This document shows, piece by piece, positions 17,995 to 28,226 of a DNA stretch of 57,963 nucleotides (position 1 is its first letter; every line of letters starts with the position of its first letter). The notes below the pieces were generated by a model. The model worked only from the letters and a program-made list of their open reading frames with translations, was not told the origin of the DNA and did not search any database. The position numbers and the translations under genes are program-made. Source of the DNA: an uncultured Clostridia bacterium (GTDB lineage: Bacteria; Bacillota; Clostridia; Oscillospirales; Acutalibacteraceae); NCBI GenBank assembly GCA_944384895.1, contig CALWVB010000012.1, forward strand, positions 1 through 57,963. The letters run 5' to 3'.

Positions 17995-18782
17995 TATTCA
18001 GGGTTATCCTCCATATCTTCATCTGCTTTTTTAGGAAACAGTAAAGCTCCAATTCCAGCAGCTATAACTGCGCATATTATAATCGACCAATTACTTATGG
18101 ATTTAAAAATTGGGATATAATAAAGCAAACAAGAAATTGCAATAGAAATTATAACCACAAACATACAGGCAAAACTTTGCTTGCATGGAGGCACAATTAT
18201 AGCAATAAACATGCCATATATAGCAACACTAAGAGCAGCTACTAAATCCATTGGTAGAATATTGCCTGCAAATGAACCAATTAATGTACCGCTTACCCAT
18301 CCTATAACAGGCAACAATATAAGGCCATACATAAATTTATGCGTGATTATCCCTTTTTGTTGGGATGCTACTGCAAATATTTCATCAGTAATACCATAGG
18401 AGATTAATAATCTTCGTTTAAGTGTCATATCTTTACCCATTTTTTGAACTAGTGATAAAGACATTAACATATAACGTATATTTATAATAAATGTTGTTAT
18501 AGCAATACTAATTATTGGAGCTTTTTCTAATATTAATTGTACTCCAGCTACTTGTCCTGCTGATGTTAAATTTGTTAAAGATATTAATCCATTTATCCAG
18601 GCAGGAAGGCCGCCATTTGATGCAGTTATACCAAATGCAAACGACACTGAAAGATACCCTAAAGCTATTGGAATGCCAGCTTTTAATCCATTGACAAAAT
18701 CTTTGTCTAATTTCAACGATATATTCACTCCCGGATAATTTATCAAATAATAATTCTTTATTATTGTAAAATTATAAAACAT
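17994..18782 (-). CDS. azlC: AzlC family branched-chain amino acid permease
   Basis: FVNGLKAGIPIALGYLSVSFAFG N-terminal signature and multiple TM helices. The true start is probably the TTG at 18716 behind GGGAG rather than the ATG at 18782. Confidence 0.75.
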   Translation of the reverse strand: MFYNFTIIKNYYLINYPGVNISLKLDKDFVNGLKAGIPIALGYLSVSFAFGITASNGGLPAWINGLISLTNLTSAGQVAGVQLILEKAPIISIAITTFIINIRYMLMSLSLVQKMGKDMTLKRRLLISYGITDEIFAVASQQKGIITHKFMYGLILLPVIGWVSGTLIGSFAGNILPMDLVAALSVAIYGMFIAIIVPPCKQSFACMFVVIISIAISCLLYYIPIFKSISNWSIIICAVIAAGIGALLFPKKADEDMEDNPE

Positions 18783-18919
18783 TATTTTATCTTTTGCAAC
18801 AAATTGCTATTATATAGTCGGTATATATTTGTTTTGTTATTTTACTTTTTTTAAAAATATGATATACTAATTTTAATTATATATTTAAATTATTATATTT
18901 ATAAAAGGGTGTGATAACT

Positions 18920-19750
18920 TTGAAATTTTCATATTGTTTTGACAGCCATATACACAGCGATAATTCACCCGATGGAAATAATACTGTAAGCCATATATGC
19001 GAATCAGCAGTAGAAAAAGGACTGCAGGGTATAACAATAACAGATCATTGTGAAGTAAATCTCTTTTATAAAGATTTATATGATAGAACTGTAAGACAAT
19101 CTTGTTTTGAAGTAAGTAAAGCAGCATCTGTGTTTAAAGATTTTATTGGTATTTTTCTTGGTATTGAATTAGGACAACCTTTACAAGATATCGCAGCAGC
19201 AGAAAAAGCTCTTACTTTAGGCCGCTTTGATTTTGTTATAGCATCTCTTCATAATGTAAGAGGCCAACCGGATTTTTATTATATTAATTATAATAAAGAA
19301 AATGTATATGATTTATTAGATGGTTATTATAATGAACTATTACAAATGGCTATGTGGAATGAATTTGATGTATTAGGCCATTTGACATATCCTTTAAGAT
19401 ATATTATAGGTGAACATGGTATAAGCGTAGATATGTCAAGATATGATAAAATCATTGATGAGATATTTACTGTACTTATCAAAAACGGTAAAGGTATAGA
19501 AATTAATACATCAGGTTTAAGGCAAAAAATTGGAGTAACTTTACCGGATGAAAAATATATAAAAAGATATCATGATTTGGGCGGACAAATATTAACAATA
19601 GGTTCTGATGCACATAATGCAAATGATGTTGGAGCAGGTATACAGGAAGGCATGGAAATAGCCTATAATGCTGGTTTTAGGCATATTACATTATTTAAAA
19701 ACCGTACGCCTATAAGATTACCTATTTATCCGGAAAAAATGGACGAATAA
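18920..19750 (+). CDS. PHP-domain histidinol-phosphatase (HisJ) family protein
   Basis: FDSHIHS and ITITDHCE metal-binding motifs, with a later GSDAH. Start taken as TTG 18920 (the ORF track has GTG 18911). Confidence 0.7.
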   Translation: MKFSYCFDSHIHSDNSPDGNNTVSHICESAVEKGLQGITITDHCEVNLFYKDLYDRTVRQSCFEVSKAASVFKDFIGIFLGIELGQPLQDIAAAEKALTLGRFDFVIASLHNVRGQPDFYYINYNKENVYDLLDGYYNELLQMAMWNEFDVLGHLTYPLRYIIGEHGISVDMSRYDKIIDEIFTVLIKNGKGIEINTSGLRQKIGVTLPDEKYIKRYHDLGGQILTIGSDAHNANDVGAGIQEGMEIAYNAGFRHITLFKNRTPIRLPIYPEKMDE

Positions 19751-19787
19751 TATTAAAACTATAAAAAGAAAAGAGGTATAAATATAA

Positions 19788-20267
19788 ATGGATAAATTAT
19801 TAGAATTATTAAATGAAAATGCAAGATATACAAATGCACAATTAAGCGCTATGCTTGGCGAACCTAAAGAAGATATTGAAAAACGTATAAAGAAATATGA
19901 AAAACAAGGCGTTATAAAAGGTTATAAAACTATTATAAATTGGGAAATGACAGATTTTGAAAGATTAACAGCTATAATTGAATTAAAAGTTAGCCCTAAA
20001 AAGAATATTGGATTTGAAGAAATAGCTGAAACAGTTATGCGTTTTGATGAAGTTGAAAGTGTATATTTAATGTCAGGCGGATATGATTTAATGGTAATGG
20101 TAACAGGCAAATCTTTTCAGGAAATTGCTATGTTTGTCGCAAAACGTCTTGCTCCACTTGATTCAGTATTATCAACAGCTACCCATTTTCTACTTAGCCG
20201 ATATAAACAGGATGGTGTTATATTACACGGGGAACCTGTCGATGAAAGGAGGAACATCCTGCTGTGA
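19788..20267 (+). CDS. Lrp/AsnC family transcriptional regulator
   Basis: N-terminal HTH (LLNENARYTNAQLSAMLG) plus a RAM/ACT-like C-terminal domain. Overlaps the downstream aminotransferase (GTGA). Confidence 0.8.
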   Translation: MDKLLELLNENARYTNAQLSAMLGEPKEDIEKRIKKYEKQGVIKGYKTIINWEMTDFERLTAIIELKVSPKKNIGFEEIAETVMRFDEVESVYLMSGGYDLMVMVTGKSFQEIAMFVAKRLAPLDSVLSTATHFLLSRYKQDGVILHGEPVDERRNILL

Positions 20268-21433
20268 TTGATTACCAGTCTATATTGACTAAGCGTATCA
20301 AAGAGGTTAAACCATCAGGTATAAGACGTTTTTTTGATATTGCTAATGAAATGGATGATGTTATATCATTAAGTATAGGGGAACCAGATTTTTATACTCC
20401 ATGGCATATAAGGGATGCAGGTATTAAATCATTAGAAATGGGCAAAACTCATTATACCTCTAATAAAGGTTTAAATGATTTAAGAGAAGAGATATCAAAA
20501 TATATGTATAGACGCAATGAGATATCTTATTCACCTGAAGATCAAATTCTCATCACTGTAGGCGGTTCAGAAGCTATTGATTTATGTATCCGTTCTGTTA
20601 TAGACTATGGTGATGAAGTACTTATACCTGAACCGTCATTTGTATGTTATAATCCTATTACCGTTTTAGCAGGCGGTATACCAGTAACAATTGAAACTAA
20701 AGTTGAAGATAATTTCCGATTAACAGCTGATGCATTAAGAAAAGCTATAACACCTAAAACAAAGCTTTTAATATTACCTTATCCGAATAATCCAACCGGC
20801 GGGGTTATGCGCCGAGAACATCTTCAGGAAATAGCTGAAGTTTTACGCGGTACTAATATAATGGTTTTATCTGACGAAATATATGGTGAATTGACTTATG
20901 GTGATGTAAGGCATGTCTCTATAGCTTCAATTGAAGATATGTATGAACGAACAATAGTTGTAAATGGTTTTTCTAAAACATATGCTATGACCGGTTGGCG
21001 TCTTGGTTTTGTATGCGGTCCTAAGGAAATAATGTCCGCTATGACAAAACTTCATCAATATGCTATTATGAGCGCTCCAACAACTGCTCAATTTGCAGCT
21101 ATTGAAGCATTAAAAAATGGCGATGATGATATAGAAATGATGAAATCTGAATATGATAAAAGACGCAGATTAATTTTAGATGGTTTTAAACGTATAGGTT
21201 TTGAATGTTTTGAACCAGAAGGCGCCTTTTATACATTTCCTTCCATCAAACAGACCGGTATGGATTCTGAGCAATTTTGTGAAAAGTTATTATATTCACA
21301 AAGGGTAGCTTTAGTCCCTGGTACTGCTTTTGGAGATAGCGGACAAGGCTTTGTAAGAGTATCATATTGTTATTCTACTAAACATATTTTAGAAGCTTTG
21401 GATAGAATAGAAACATTTATAAAACAATTATAA
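20264..21433 (+). CDS. Class I/II pyridoxal-phosphate-dependent aminotransferase
   Basis: PNNPTG, SDEIY and the PLP-lysine motif NGFSKTYAMTGWRLG. Confidence 0.85.
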   Translation: MIDYQSILTKRIKEVKPSGIRRFFDIANEMDDVISLSIGEPDFYTPWHIRDAGIKSLEMGKTHYTSNKGLNDLREEISKYMYRRNEISYSPEDQILITVGGSEAIDLCIRSVIDYGDEVLIPEPSFVCYNPITVLAGGIPVTIETKVEDNFRLTADALRKAITPKTKLLILPYPNNPTGGVMRREHLQEIAEVLRGTNIMVLSDEIYGELTYGDVRHVSIASIEDMYERTIVVNGFSKTYAMTGWRLGFVCGPKEIMSAMTKLHQYAIMSAPTTAQFAAIEALKNGDDDIEMMKSEYDKRRRLILDGFKRIGFECFEPEGAFYTFPSIKQTGMDSEQFCEKLLYSQRVALVPGTAFGDSGQGFVRVSYCYSTKHILEALDRIETFIKQL

Positions 21434-21483
21434 ATATTATAAAATTTTATATTTTTATACATAAAATTGGAGGTAACAAACCT

Positions 21484-22365
21484 TTGCGTATTAATATTAC
21501 AGCGCCTGCAAAAATTAATTTAGCTCTTGATATATTAGGTAAACGACCTGATGGATATCATGTGGTAAATATGGTTATGCAGTCTGTTGATTTATGTGAT
21601 ACTGTAATTTTAACTAAGACAGATAGTGATGGAATAACATTAACATGTAAGAATCCTAATGTTCCTTTAAATAATACTAATATAGCTTATCGAGCCGCTG
21701 ATAAATTTTTTGAATATACGGGTATTAAAGACAGAAATATTAATATAAAAATCCGCAAAAAAATCCCTATAGCAGCGGGATTGGCCGGAGGCAGCTCTGA
21801 CGGCGCTGCCGTACTTATTGGATTAAATAAGTTATATTCAGCAAGCCTTACTAATGAACAGCTATGTTCAATTGGCGGGGAAATTGGTGCAGATATCCCA
21901 TTTTGTATTATGGGAGGAACCATGTTAGCAGAAGGGACCGGTACAATATTATCTCCATTGCCGGACATGCCGGAATGTTATTTCTTAATAGTTAAACCAC
22001 CTCTATCTGTTTCTACTGCACAAGCATATAGTATGTTTGATGAATATGGAAAAAGAAGTGAAAAAAGCATAGATTGTATTATTGATGCAATATGTGCAAA
22101 AAATTTACAAATAGTTTCTGAAAATCTTTTTAATGTATTTGAAAGTATACTGGATATTATTGAAGTTGATATAAAACCTATAAAAGATATTATGTCTTAT
22201 TACGACGCATATGGTTCATGTATGAGTGGAAGCGGACCTTCTGTATTTGCTGTATTTTCATCTAAAAATAAAGCTGAAAAATGTGCAGAAAAAATAAAAG
22301 ATGAGATTCTTGGAGCCGAAGTCTTTATTGCTTCACCAATTAATCATGGTTGTATAATTGATTAA
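21484..22365 (+). CDS. ispE: 4-(cytidine 5'-diphospho)-2-C-methyl-D-erythritol kinase
   Basis: APAKINLALDI N-terminus and GHMP motif PIAAGLAGGSSDGAA. TTG start 9 nt after GGAGG. Confidence 0.88.
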   Translation: MRINITAPAKINLALDILGKRPDGYHVVNMVMQSVDLCDTVILTKTDSDGITLTCKNPNVPLNNTNIAYRAADKFFEYTGIKDRNINIKIRKKIPIAAGLAGGSSDGAAVLIGLNKLYSASLTNEQLCSIGGEIGADIPFCIMGGTMLAEGTGTILSPLPDMPECYFLIVKPPLSVSTAQAYSMFDEYGKRSEKSIDCIIDAICAKNLQIVSENLFNVFESILDIIEVDIKPIKDIMSYYDAYGSCMSGSGPSVFAVFSSKNKAEKCAEKIKDEILGAEVFIASPINHGCIID

Positions 22366-22371
22366 AAACAG

Positions 22372-22411
22372 AAAAAATGCTCTGGAGGAAAATCCTCCAG
22401 AGCATTTTTAT
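22372..22411. terminator. Bidirectional terminator between convergent ispE and the GH51 gene
   Basis: ATGCTCTGGAGG-aaaat-CCTCCAGAGCAT, flanked by A and T tracts. Confidence 0.8.
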
Positions 22412-22425
22412 TTGTTGGAAATTTA

Positions 22426-25400
22426 TTATTGAGCGATTATTGATACTGTAAGTTCAGCAGTATCTTCAATCCAATTTCCATTTGCATCCTTAGCTTTAAC
22501 AGTTATTTTTCTATTATTGCCTTTGGATCCAAACTGTGTTTCAAATACCCAGATAACTTGATCTCCGTCTTCAGTTTGACTTATAAGCGCTTTGCCTATG
22601 TCTTTACCAGATTCATTTGCAAAAGCTAATGCAGAAACACCTTTTGATGTTTTTACTTCAACTTTGAAATTGGTATTAACAACAGCTGTTTTCTGAGAAG
22701 ATACACTGATAATATCAGCTTGAACGTTTTCATCTGCAATATATGCATCAGAAGCGACTACTTTAATTGGAAGATCAGCAACCTTATCAACTGAATCACC
22801 TACAGCAGCATAGATACCAAATACTCTGTCGCCTTTAGTACCAATTGACATATTTAATGTCCATAATTTTGTACCATTGACATTTTCTTTAACATCAATT
22901 ACAGATACACCCATAAGAGCATCATATTCATTTAAGAAGGTAAGTGATTCAACATTTGCTTCAGTTAAGATAACAACTTCAAAGTTGTCATTAGCTTTAA
23001 CTGTATAGTTTTCAGTTTTACCATCTACACTGATAATATTAAAATACTGTTCAAATACTTTAATATTAAATGTTGCTGAAGTTTCTTCAAATCCATTACC
23101 ATAATCTGCAAGGATAGTGAATGTCCTATCACCTTTAGTAGCAGCAGATATGTATAATGTCCATGTTAATGTACCATCATCATTTGTTACTACATCAGCA
23201 ACAGTTGTACCCATATTCAAGTCAAATTCATTATCGACAGTAAGATCTTTTACTAATGCATCAGTCTTTACAACAACTTTGATTGGAGTATTGATTATTG
23301 CAATAGCATCTTCAGTTACATCATTAACACTAATTACTTCTACTGACTTAGTTACAGGTTGTACATTAATAGCAGCATAGATTGCATCAATAGCATTAGC
23401 TATTTCAGTAGGAGTTGCATTTGGATTTACATAAACCATTAAACCTTCGTTTACAGCAGCAACAAGATTATTAATTTCAGTTTCTGACCAGTCAGTTGTA
23501 TCAACATTATTAGCTTCAGTAATAGCTGCAAGGAGATCAGCTTTTGTAGCAGCAGGTTTACTTGTTTCGCCATAAACAATCCATTCAACTATACCGACAG
23601 CAGATGCTGTTGGAGAAGCTTCAATAACAAGTTGAAGTTCTGTTGTTTCAACTTCATCAAATTTAGCATAGTTAAATCCATTGCCAGAACCTGCTTTTGC
23701 ATTTGCTCTGTCAATAAGAGTACAATTTGGAACAGGTACTAATTCTCCATCTGCATTTCTATAATAAAGTGTAGCGCTTTCTGGAGGTTCAACACCTGCA
23801 GATGAACCATAGTTACCATCGCAATGCCAGAGAATATCAATACTATCAACTTTAACAGGAGTATCCCATGTATAAGTTACAGTATGAGGTCCCTTTTCAG
23901 GCCATGTACCCCATGCATCATTTTCAGCAACCTGACGGTATGTTGTAGTTGGATCTGATTGTTTACCATCGTTAATAGCTGCTTCTGAATTCCAGGTTGT
24001 GCAATAAGATGTATCAACTGAAGCATCAAGAGCTACGTTATCTTTAAGAACTTCTGGACGTGTAGCAATTTCTGCACCGTAAACGATCCATTCAACTATA
24101 CCAACAGCTGCAGCTCCTGGAGCTGGTTCAATAACAAGCTGGAGTTCTGTTGTTGTTATTTCATCAAACTGTGCATAATTAAATCCATTACCAGAACCTG
24201 CTTTTGCATTGCTATTACCTATAAGTGAACAATTAGGTACTTCTACTAATTCACCATCAGCATCTTTATAATAAAGTGTAGCGCTTTCTGGAGGCTGTAC
24301 ACCGCCGGATCCGCCATAATCAACATCGCAATGCCAAAGGATATCAATACCGTCTATCTTAACAGGATTTTCCCATGTATAAGTTACAGTATGAGGACCT
24401 TCTTCAGGCCATGTACCCCATGCGTCACCTTCACTAGCTTGACGGTAGGTAATTGTTGGATCTGATTGTTTACCATCGTTAATAGCTGCTTCTGAATTCC
24501 AGGTTGTGCAGTAAGTTGTATCTACAGTGGCTTTAAGAGCTACATTTCCTTTAAGCTCTTCCGGACGTAAAGAACTATTAACTACAGTGATTGTAAATGT
24601 ATCAGAATATGTTCCATTACTTACTGTGTAAGTTAAGGATCCAAGTTCCTGTGGAGCTGGGAAGCTTACTGTAAATGTACGCTGTCCACGAGCATCTTTA
24701 TATGTAGATGTTACTTCTACAGGTTCATCATTACATGTTACTATGATTTCTTCAACTGAATCGTCAGTTTTTACTGTAAATTCAACTGTTTCACCAGTAG
24801 CATAAGATTTTTCATTAGCCTGAAGAACAAATTTTAATACAAGATTTGTTACAGCTTTTGTTACATCATTTGCAGCAGCGTCGATCATATCCTGATCAGC
24901 TGATGTAAGTTCAGCTTCTTTTGCTATAATAGCTTCAGCAGCGCTTATAGCTTCTTGAAGAGCATTATAGCTCTTTTCTGTATAATCGTCTGGTTCATAT
25001 GCTTTTGCAGAATTAACAGCACCTTTAATACCTGTCATATTTGCAGGTGTAATTATTTCTGTATGTTCGTCGCTTGTAAATTTAACAGCAGTTACAGAAT
25101 ATTTTGGTACTGTAATTGTTACAGAATCACCACAGTTTTCAATAACTTCTGTTGTTGGAGCTGGAGTTTGATTAAGATCTGTTACTGTATTAATACCATA
25201 GAGGTTATCACTTGTGAGAGTGCTTATAACAGCATCACGTTGTGTAACAGCTGGGAGATTTACTGCATTTACAGTAATAGATAATGGATAATCATTTCTA
25301 TTTACATATTTAACGTATACTTCGCCTGTAGAAGTATCTACAGAAGCTGAATAAGCAGTAAGTTTATCAGAAGCTGCTTCGGATTTAATAAGTTTATCGC

Positions 25401-27870
25401 CAACATTTGTAGCAAATAACTGCTGTACATAATAGTTAGCGGTTAAAGCAGTTGTTCTGCCTGTGAACCAGATAAGGTCTGATTCTAACCAACGTGTACC
25501 GTTTGTTACGTCGGCTTTACACATAAACGGTGCATAGGAAGCCATTTCGATTGTATCAGAATTGCGTTCGATACTTGTCATATAAATAGCTTCACAAAGT
25601 GCTGAATTATGTGTATTACCAGGGTCTTTATTTGCTGCATATTCACCGATGAATACTTTAGCGCCGTTATTCTTATAGATAGAAGTATTATCATAACGAT
25701 TTGTGCTATCAAGCATCCACTGTGATGTTGTATAATAATGTTCGTCAACTATAGTATCTGTATATTTTTCGTTAACTTCCTGCCATGCTCTGTCATAATC
25801 GCTGCCGTTTGCATATGGGCCAGCAGTTGTTATAACAATAATTTCTGGATATTCTTCTTTAACTGCTTCATACATCAAAGCAAAACGATCCCAATATACA
25901 TCGCCCCAGTTTTCATTACCAAGGGAAATATACTTGAGGTTGAATGGTTCTGGATGTCCCATTTCAGCACGGAGAGCGCCCCATTCAGTTGTTACATCGC
26001 CATTACAGAATTCAATGAAATCAAGAGCGTCATCAATAAATTCCGGCATTTCTGTAACAAGATCAGCTGTATAAATTGGGCTGCGGAACTGACAGCTTAA
26101 ACCTGCGTTGAGTACAGGAACAGCCTCGGCTCCGAGTTCTTCACACATAAGCATATATTCATAATAACCAATGTCAAAGCTCATGAGATAATCCCAATAT
26201 CCAGCCATCTGAACTCTTTCTTCACGTGGTCCAACTGTATTTTTCCAGTTGTACATTCTTTCTCTTGTTCCGATACCTTCAGATGCGCATCCGCCTGGGA
26301 AACGTAAGAATTTTGGATGGAGGTTTTCCATAGCGGTCATTAATTCTTTATTAAGGCCGCCTGCTGCGCCATCATGCCACATTTCAGAATCTTCTGGATG
26401 GAGATTCCAGAAATCTACATAGAATGTACCAGCAGCATCACCAATTATAGCTAATCTTGAATCAACTGATTCTAAAGCTGTAAGTGATCCTGTATATTTT
26501 GTCCAATCGGTTGTTATTGCTGGAATTTCAACGATATTGGAATTGAGAACTCCATCATTTGTCTCAAGGAATACACGGATAGTTCCGTCATATTCACCCT
26601 TAAGATAACCGTCAAAATTGTATGTAATACCACCATTGATTGGCATGGATGCTCTGGTGTTATTATAGGTATTGGTACCAAAACCGTTATTAGCAATACC
26701 ATAACCTAAACCAGTACCTGCATCTTCAATTGTAATAACAGCACATTTTGTATTGTTTTCATTCATTGGATTTTCAAGATCGATTTGTGCTGAGCCGGAA
26801 GCTCCGTCTTTAGCAATCTTGCTCCAGTTGTCAAGTGTATTGACATTATTGGAGAATGAAAAACGTCCATTATTCATACCATGTGCTTCAAATGAACCGT
26901 TTTCAATAAGTTCAGCATTGATACCACCGTCAAGAGCATGGTTAATATCTTCAAAGAATACGCCGTAAAGTGTTTCAGGGATTGCTTGATATGCTTGACT
27001 TACATCAAGATCAAGTGTAGCATCTGCATAACCTTCAGCTCTTACTGTACATACGATATCTTTTGAAGAAGTTACTCCAGCGCCGTTATCAACTGTTACT
27101 GTAAGAGTTACAGTTGCATCTTCCTCACCTTGTGCTGGGCGTGTAATTGTAGCTATATTGCCATCTATTGATATTACATCAGTATTATCAGATGTCCATA
27201 CTACATTATATCCAGCAGTATTTTCTGTAGGAAGTGTTATAGATGGAGAAATGATTGAATCGCTTCCAGGAATAGAGAAACTGCCAGCAACAGCATCTAC
27301 TATACTCTGGATATCATTTGAATAAACTTCCCATTCCTGAATACCAGTACCTGCGGAAGCTGGGTTGCATGTGAGAGATAAACGAAGACGAGTCGTTGTT
27401 ATCTCATCAAAAGTTGCCATATTAAGCGGAGAGCTTGCTGAGTTAACATTAACATCATAAGCTATTCCAGAATAATTTGGAACTTCTACCATAGACTCTC
27501 CATTATAATAGGTAAGCGTCGTGCCTATAGGAGCTTGAACGCCGCCTAAAGATGAACCAGAAGCCTGATCAGCGTACCAACGTACACCCATACTACTGAT
27601 TGTTACTGGGGAATCCCATGTGAGTTCTACATAGAGACCAGATGTAGTAGGCCATGTGCCCCATACACTTGCCTGATTTCCATCAAATAATTTGCCGTCG
27701 TTTAGGGCTTCAATTCTGTTATGGCTTGCTGTTCCTCTTCCTGAAGGAGTAGCCATTTCAGCAACATTTATGCCCTCATCTGCAAAAGCCGTCATAGCTG
27801 CAAATGGTACGACACTTATCACTAATAGAAGAGACAAGATAATCGAAAGGAGCCGTTTTGATGCTTTCAT
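22426..27870 (-). CDS. Secreted multidomain glycoside hydrolase, GH51-type alpha-L-arabinofuranosidase with F5/8-type-C (CBM32-like) and Ig-like repeats
   Basis: Signal peptide ending AFA|DEG. CBM4/9-like ENGSFE segment. Catalytic-core motifs LRFPGGCASEG, ISLGNENWG (acid/base Glu) and VFIGEYA (nucleophile Glu). Three F5/8-type-C modules, helical FIVAR-like linkers and three ~95-aa C-terminal repeats. No LPXTG or other anchor recognised. Confidence 0.75.
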   Translation of the reverse strand: MKASKRLLSIILSLLLVISVVPFAAMTAFADEGINVAEMATPSGRGTASHNRIEALNDGKLFDGNQASVWGTWPTTSGLYVELTWDSPVTISSMGVRWYADQASGSSLGGVQAPIGTTLTYYNGESMVEVPNYSGIAYDVNVNSASSPLNMATFDEITTTRLRLSLTCNPASAGTGIQEWEVYSNDIQSIVDAVAGSFSIPGSDSIISPSITLPTENTAGYNVVWTSDNTDVISIDGNIATITRPAQGEEDATVTLTVTVDNGAGVTSSKDIVCTVRAEGYADATLDLDVSQAYQAIPETLYGVFFEDINHALDGGINAELIENGSFEAHGMNNGRFSFSNNVNTLDNWSKIAKDGASGSAQIDLENPMNENNTKCAVITIEDAGTGLGYGIANNGFGTNTYNNTRASMPINGGITYNFDGYLKGEYDGTIRVFLETNDGVLNSNIVEIPAITTDWTKYTGSLTALESVDSRLAIIGDAAGTFYVDFWNLHPEDSEMWHDGAAGGLNKELMTAMENLHPKFLRFPGGCASEGIGTRERMYNWKNTVGPREERVQMAGYWDYLMSFDIGYYEYMLMCEELGAEAVPVLNAGLSCQFRSPIYTADLVTEMPEFIDDALDFIEFCNGDVTTEWGALRAEMGHPEPFNLKYISLGNENWGDVYWDRFALMYEAVKEEYPEIIVITTAGPYANGSDYDRAWQEVNEKYTDTIVDEHYYTTSQWMLDSTNRYDNTSIYKNNGAKVFIGEYAANKDPGNTHNSALCEAIYMTSIERNSDTIEMASYAPFMCKADVTNGTRWLESDLIWFTGRTTALTANYYVQQLFATNVGDKLIKSEAASDKLTAYSASVDTSTGEVYVKYVNRNDYPLSITVNAVNLPAVTQRDAVISTLTSDNLYGINTVTDLNQTPAPTTEVIENCGDSVTITVPKYSVTAVKFTSDEHTEIITPANMTGIKGAVNSAKAYEPDDYTEKSYNALQEAISAAEAIIAKEAELTSADQDMIDAAANDVTKAVTNLVLKFVLQANEKSYATGETVEFTVKTDDSVEEIIVTCNDEPVEVTSTYKDARGQRTFTVSFPAPQELGSLTYTVSNGTYSDTFTITVVNSSLRPEELKGNVALKATVDTTYCTTWNSEAAINDGKQSDPTITYRQASEGDAWGTWPEEGPHTVTYTWENPVKIDGIDILWHCDVDYGGSGGVQPPESATLYYKDADGELVEVPNCSLIGNSNAKAGSGNGFNYAQFDEITTTELQLVIEPAPGAAAVGIVEWIVYGAEIATRPEVLKDNVALDASVDTSYCTTWNSEAAINDGKQSDPTTTYRQVAENDAWGTWPEKGPHTVTYTWDTPVKVDSIDILWHCDGNYGSSAGVEPPESATLYYRNADGELVPVPNCTLIDRANAKAGSGNGFNYAKFDEVETTELQLVIEASPTASAVGIVEWIVYGETSKPAATKADLLAAITEANNVDTTDWSETEINNLVAAVNEGLMVYVNPNATPTEIANAIDAIYAAINVQPVTKSVEVISVNDVTEDAIAIINTPIKVVVKTDALVKDLTVDNEFDLNMGTTVADVVTNDDGTLTWTLYISAATKGDRTFTILADYGNGFEETSATFNIKVFEQYFNIISVDGKTENYTVKANDNFEVVILTEANVESLTFLNEYDALMGVSVIDVKENVNGTKLWTLNMSIGTKGDRVFGIYAAVGDSVDKVADLPIKVVASDAYIADENVQADIISVSSQKTAVVNTNFKVEVKTSKGVSALAFANESGKDIGKALISQTEDGDQVIWVFETQFGSKGNNRKITVKAKDANGNWIEDTAELTVSIIAQ
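23565..24578 (-). repeat. Intragenic tandem duplication (2 x 507 bp) encoding two F5/8-type-C modules
   Basis: aaatccattgccagaacctgcttttgc at 23674 recurs as aaatccattaccagaacctgcttttgc at 24181, an offset of 507 nt (169 codons). The protein units begin RPEELKGNVALKATVD and RPEVLKDNVALDASVD. Confidence 0.85.
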
Positions 27871-28226
27871 ACTATTTATACACCTTTCTTCTTTTAGATT
27901 CAGAATTCCAAATGAATTGTTAGAATTATTTCAATAAAACCATTCGGTAACAAATCATTAACAATTCTGTTGTGTTATATAATACCATATTTACCTAAAA
28001 ATTGGGATATAAAACCACCAACAATTAAAAAAACAAACAAATTACATATAAAATCTAAACATTTTCCACATAATGTGATTTTGTAGTTAATTTATATAAA
28101 ATTATCGCCTATATTAAAATATTTGTATAACTATTATGGTTTTTTATTGATTAAATCTTTATAATATCGCAATTTGTATTTTTGTGGTATAATTTATATA
28201 ATAACAATTGGAGGATTGATTTTTAT

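Noticed and set aside
23117-26968. Several + strand ORFs (23117-23380, 24955-25284, 25738-26100, 26753-26968) within the GH51 gene
   Set aside because: These are shadow ORFs antisense to a continuous 1814-codon reading frame with a signal peptide and catalytic motifs.
22426-27870. The GH51 gene as a horizontally acquired island on compositional grounds
   Set aside because: By eye its GC content is only slightly above neighbouring biosynthetic genes (pur, recA). There are no flanking repeats, tRNA or integrase directly adjacent. A windowed GC and codon-usage calculation would be needed.
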